A DNA stretch of 64,000 nucleotides from the NCBI GenBank assembly GCA_963813025.1, contig CAWEXO010000014.1, positions 192,001-256,000 of the forward strand, written 5' to 3'. Position numbers and translations under genes: made by a program. The stretch is from an uncultured Verrucomicrobiae bacterium (GTDB lineage Bacteria > Verrucomicrobiota > Verrucomicrobiia > Chthoniobacterales > JAFAMB01). The notes beneath the pieces were generated by a model that ran no database searches, was not told where the DNA came from, and saw only the letters and a program-made list of their open reading frames with translations. Below, piece after piece: positions 62,948 through 64,000 of the stretch. The first letter of the stretch is position 1. Each line of letters begins with the position of its first letter.

Positions 62948-64000
62948 ATGCATACGCAACCCATCGTTCAAAACGAGGTTTTTACCGTGCTTGGTCCGGC
63001 GGAAGCGGCCACGCTCGACGCCTTTTTTGAACAACTGTTTCCAGCCGATGAGAGCGGGCCTGGCGCTTCGTCCATTGGCGTCATCCATTATCTCGACCGG
63101 GCGCTGAGCGGTCCCTATTCCCACCATTTGGAAATCTATCGGCTTGCTGTCTATGCCTTGGACGCAGAATCAGAAGGCCGGTTCAGCAAGCCCTTCGTCG
63201 ATACCGATCCGAAGCAGCAGCAGGAGCTGATTACGGCTTTGGCGCAAGGCTCACTTGCGAACTTCCGAGCGGTGGATGCAAAATCCTTTTTCGAACTGGC
63301 GCGTACCCATCTTCAGGAAGGGCTTTTTTCCGATCCCGTCTATGGCGGGAATCGCCGCAAGGCAGGTTGGCGACTTTTAGGCCACCCTGGCGTCTGGCTG
63401 GAGAACAGCGCTGAGGAGAACCTCTCCGAAAAAGCGGCTGATAAAAACGGGGAGATCCAATCCCTCGCCGACCTCGATCTACCGGGTCGCAAACGAAAAT
63501 GCGTTTCCGGATATGACCCGCACCGAGGGGCGGTCGACCCGGCTCCTGAAGCCGACATCCTGCTTGTGGGAGCGGGGTCGCTGGGCTCCCTCGCCGCGTC
63601 GGTGTTTGCCAAGGCCGGTCTCAAGGTAATTGCTCTTGAGCCCGGTCCGTTTCGGACCCAAGCGGATTACGTTCCGGACGAACTGGGTTCGGCTTACTAT
63701 TGCCGCGCAAGCATGGGCCCTAAATTCTTGAATGAAGTACCCCGTTGGCGGCGTAACGAGGGCGAATCGACACAGGAGGCGACGTTCTCTCTGGGCCGGA
63801 TGATGAACAGCGTCGGAGGCTCGGTGATCCACTACGGCGCTTGGTTGCGGAGGTTTCATCCCCACCACTTCAAAATGTTGAGCCATTTTAACGAAAGGTG
63901 GGGTCTATCGCTCCTGCCGGATGGATCCACGCTCGCCGATTGGCCGATTACTTACGAGGAACTCGAGCCCTACTACACTCGTCTTGAACACGAGATTGGA
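62948..64000 (+). CDS. Gluconate 2-dehydrogenase subunit III domain fused to a GMC flavoprotein (partial, runs off window)
   Basis: FPADESGPGA, YLDRAL, EGLFSDPVYGGNR..GWRLLG, then in frame ILLVGAGSLG, VGGSVIHY, DWPITYEELEPYY. Confidence 0.88.
   Translation, partial: MHTQPIVQNEVFTVLGPAEAATLDAFFEQLFPADESGPGASSIGVIHYLDRALSGPYSHHLEIYRLAVYALDAESEGRFSKPFVDTDPKQQQELITALAQGSLANFRAVDAKSFFELARTHLQEGLFSDPVYGGNRRKAGWRLLGHPGVWLENSAEENLSEKAADKNGEIQSLADLDLPGRKRKCVSGYDPHRGAVDPAPEADILLVGAGSLGSLAASVFAKAGLKVIALEPGPFRTQADYVPDELGSAYYCRASMGPKFLNEVPRWRRNEGESTQEATFSLGRMMNSVGGSVIHYGAWLRRFHPHHFKMLSHFNERWGLSLLPDGSTLADWPITYEELEPYYTRLEHEIG

Overview
GC-rich bacterial chromosomal window; gene families and repeats suggest a soil Verrucomicrobiota genome (inference). 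Core content: ROK regulator + GH42 beta-galactosidase, CPA1 Na+/H+ antiporter among gene scraps, a sugar ABC importer with a fused ATPase-permease, GH2 beta-galactosidase, msrPQ, a ribitol-dehydrogenase-like SDR, a malonate decarboxylase operon (mdcA-C-DE-G-H, no mdcB), a GT2 + three GT-C glycosyltransferase cluster, an MFS pump, glnK with a frameshifted amtB, and a LacI-afr-CoA transferase-(GADH subunit III/GMC fusion) operon running off the right edge. A tRNA-Val(TAC) carries two nested, integrase-less island remnants (att copies at 56452 and 56975) holding IS21/IS630 pieces and pseudogenes. Highlights: (1) an intact, probably exported ~895-aa M1 aminopeptidase homologue with all catalytic motifs replaced; (2) a five-copy GGTAGGGCGA-ended palindromic element whose core is inverted between two copies and which truncates a VapC toxin; (3) the afr operon with a GADH-III/GMC fusion. 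All family calls are from motif recognition, not database searches. Some frameshifts may be sequencing errors.
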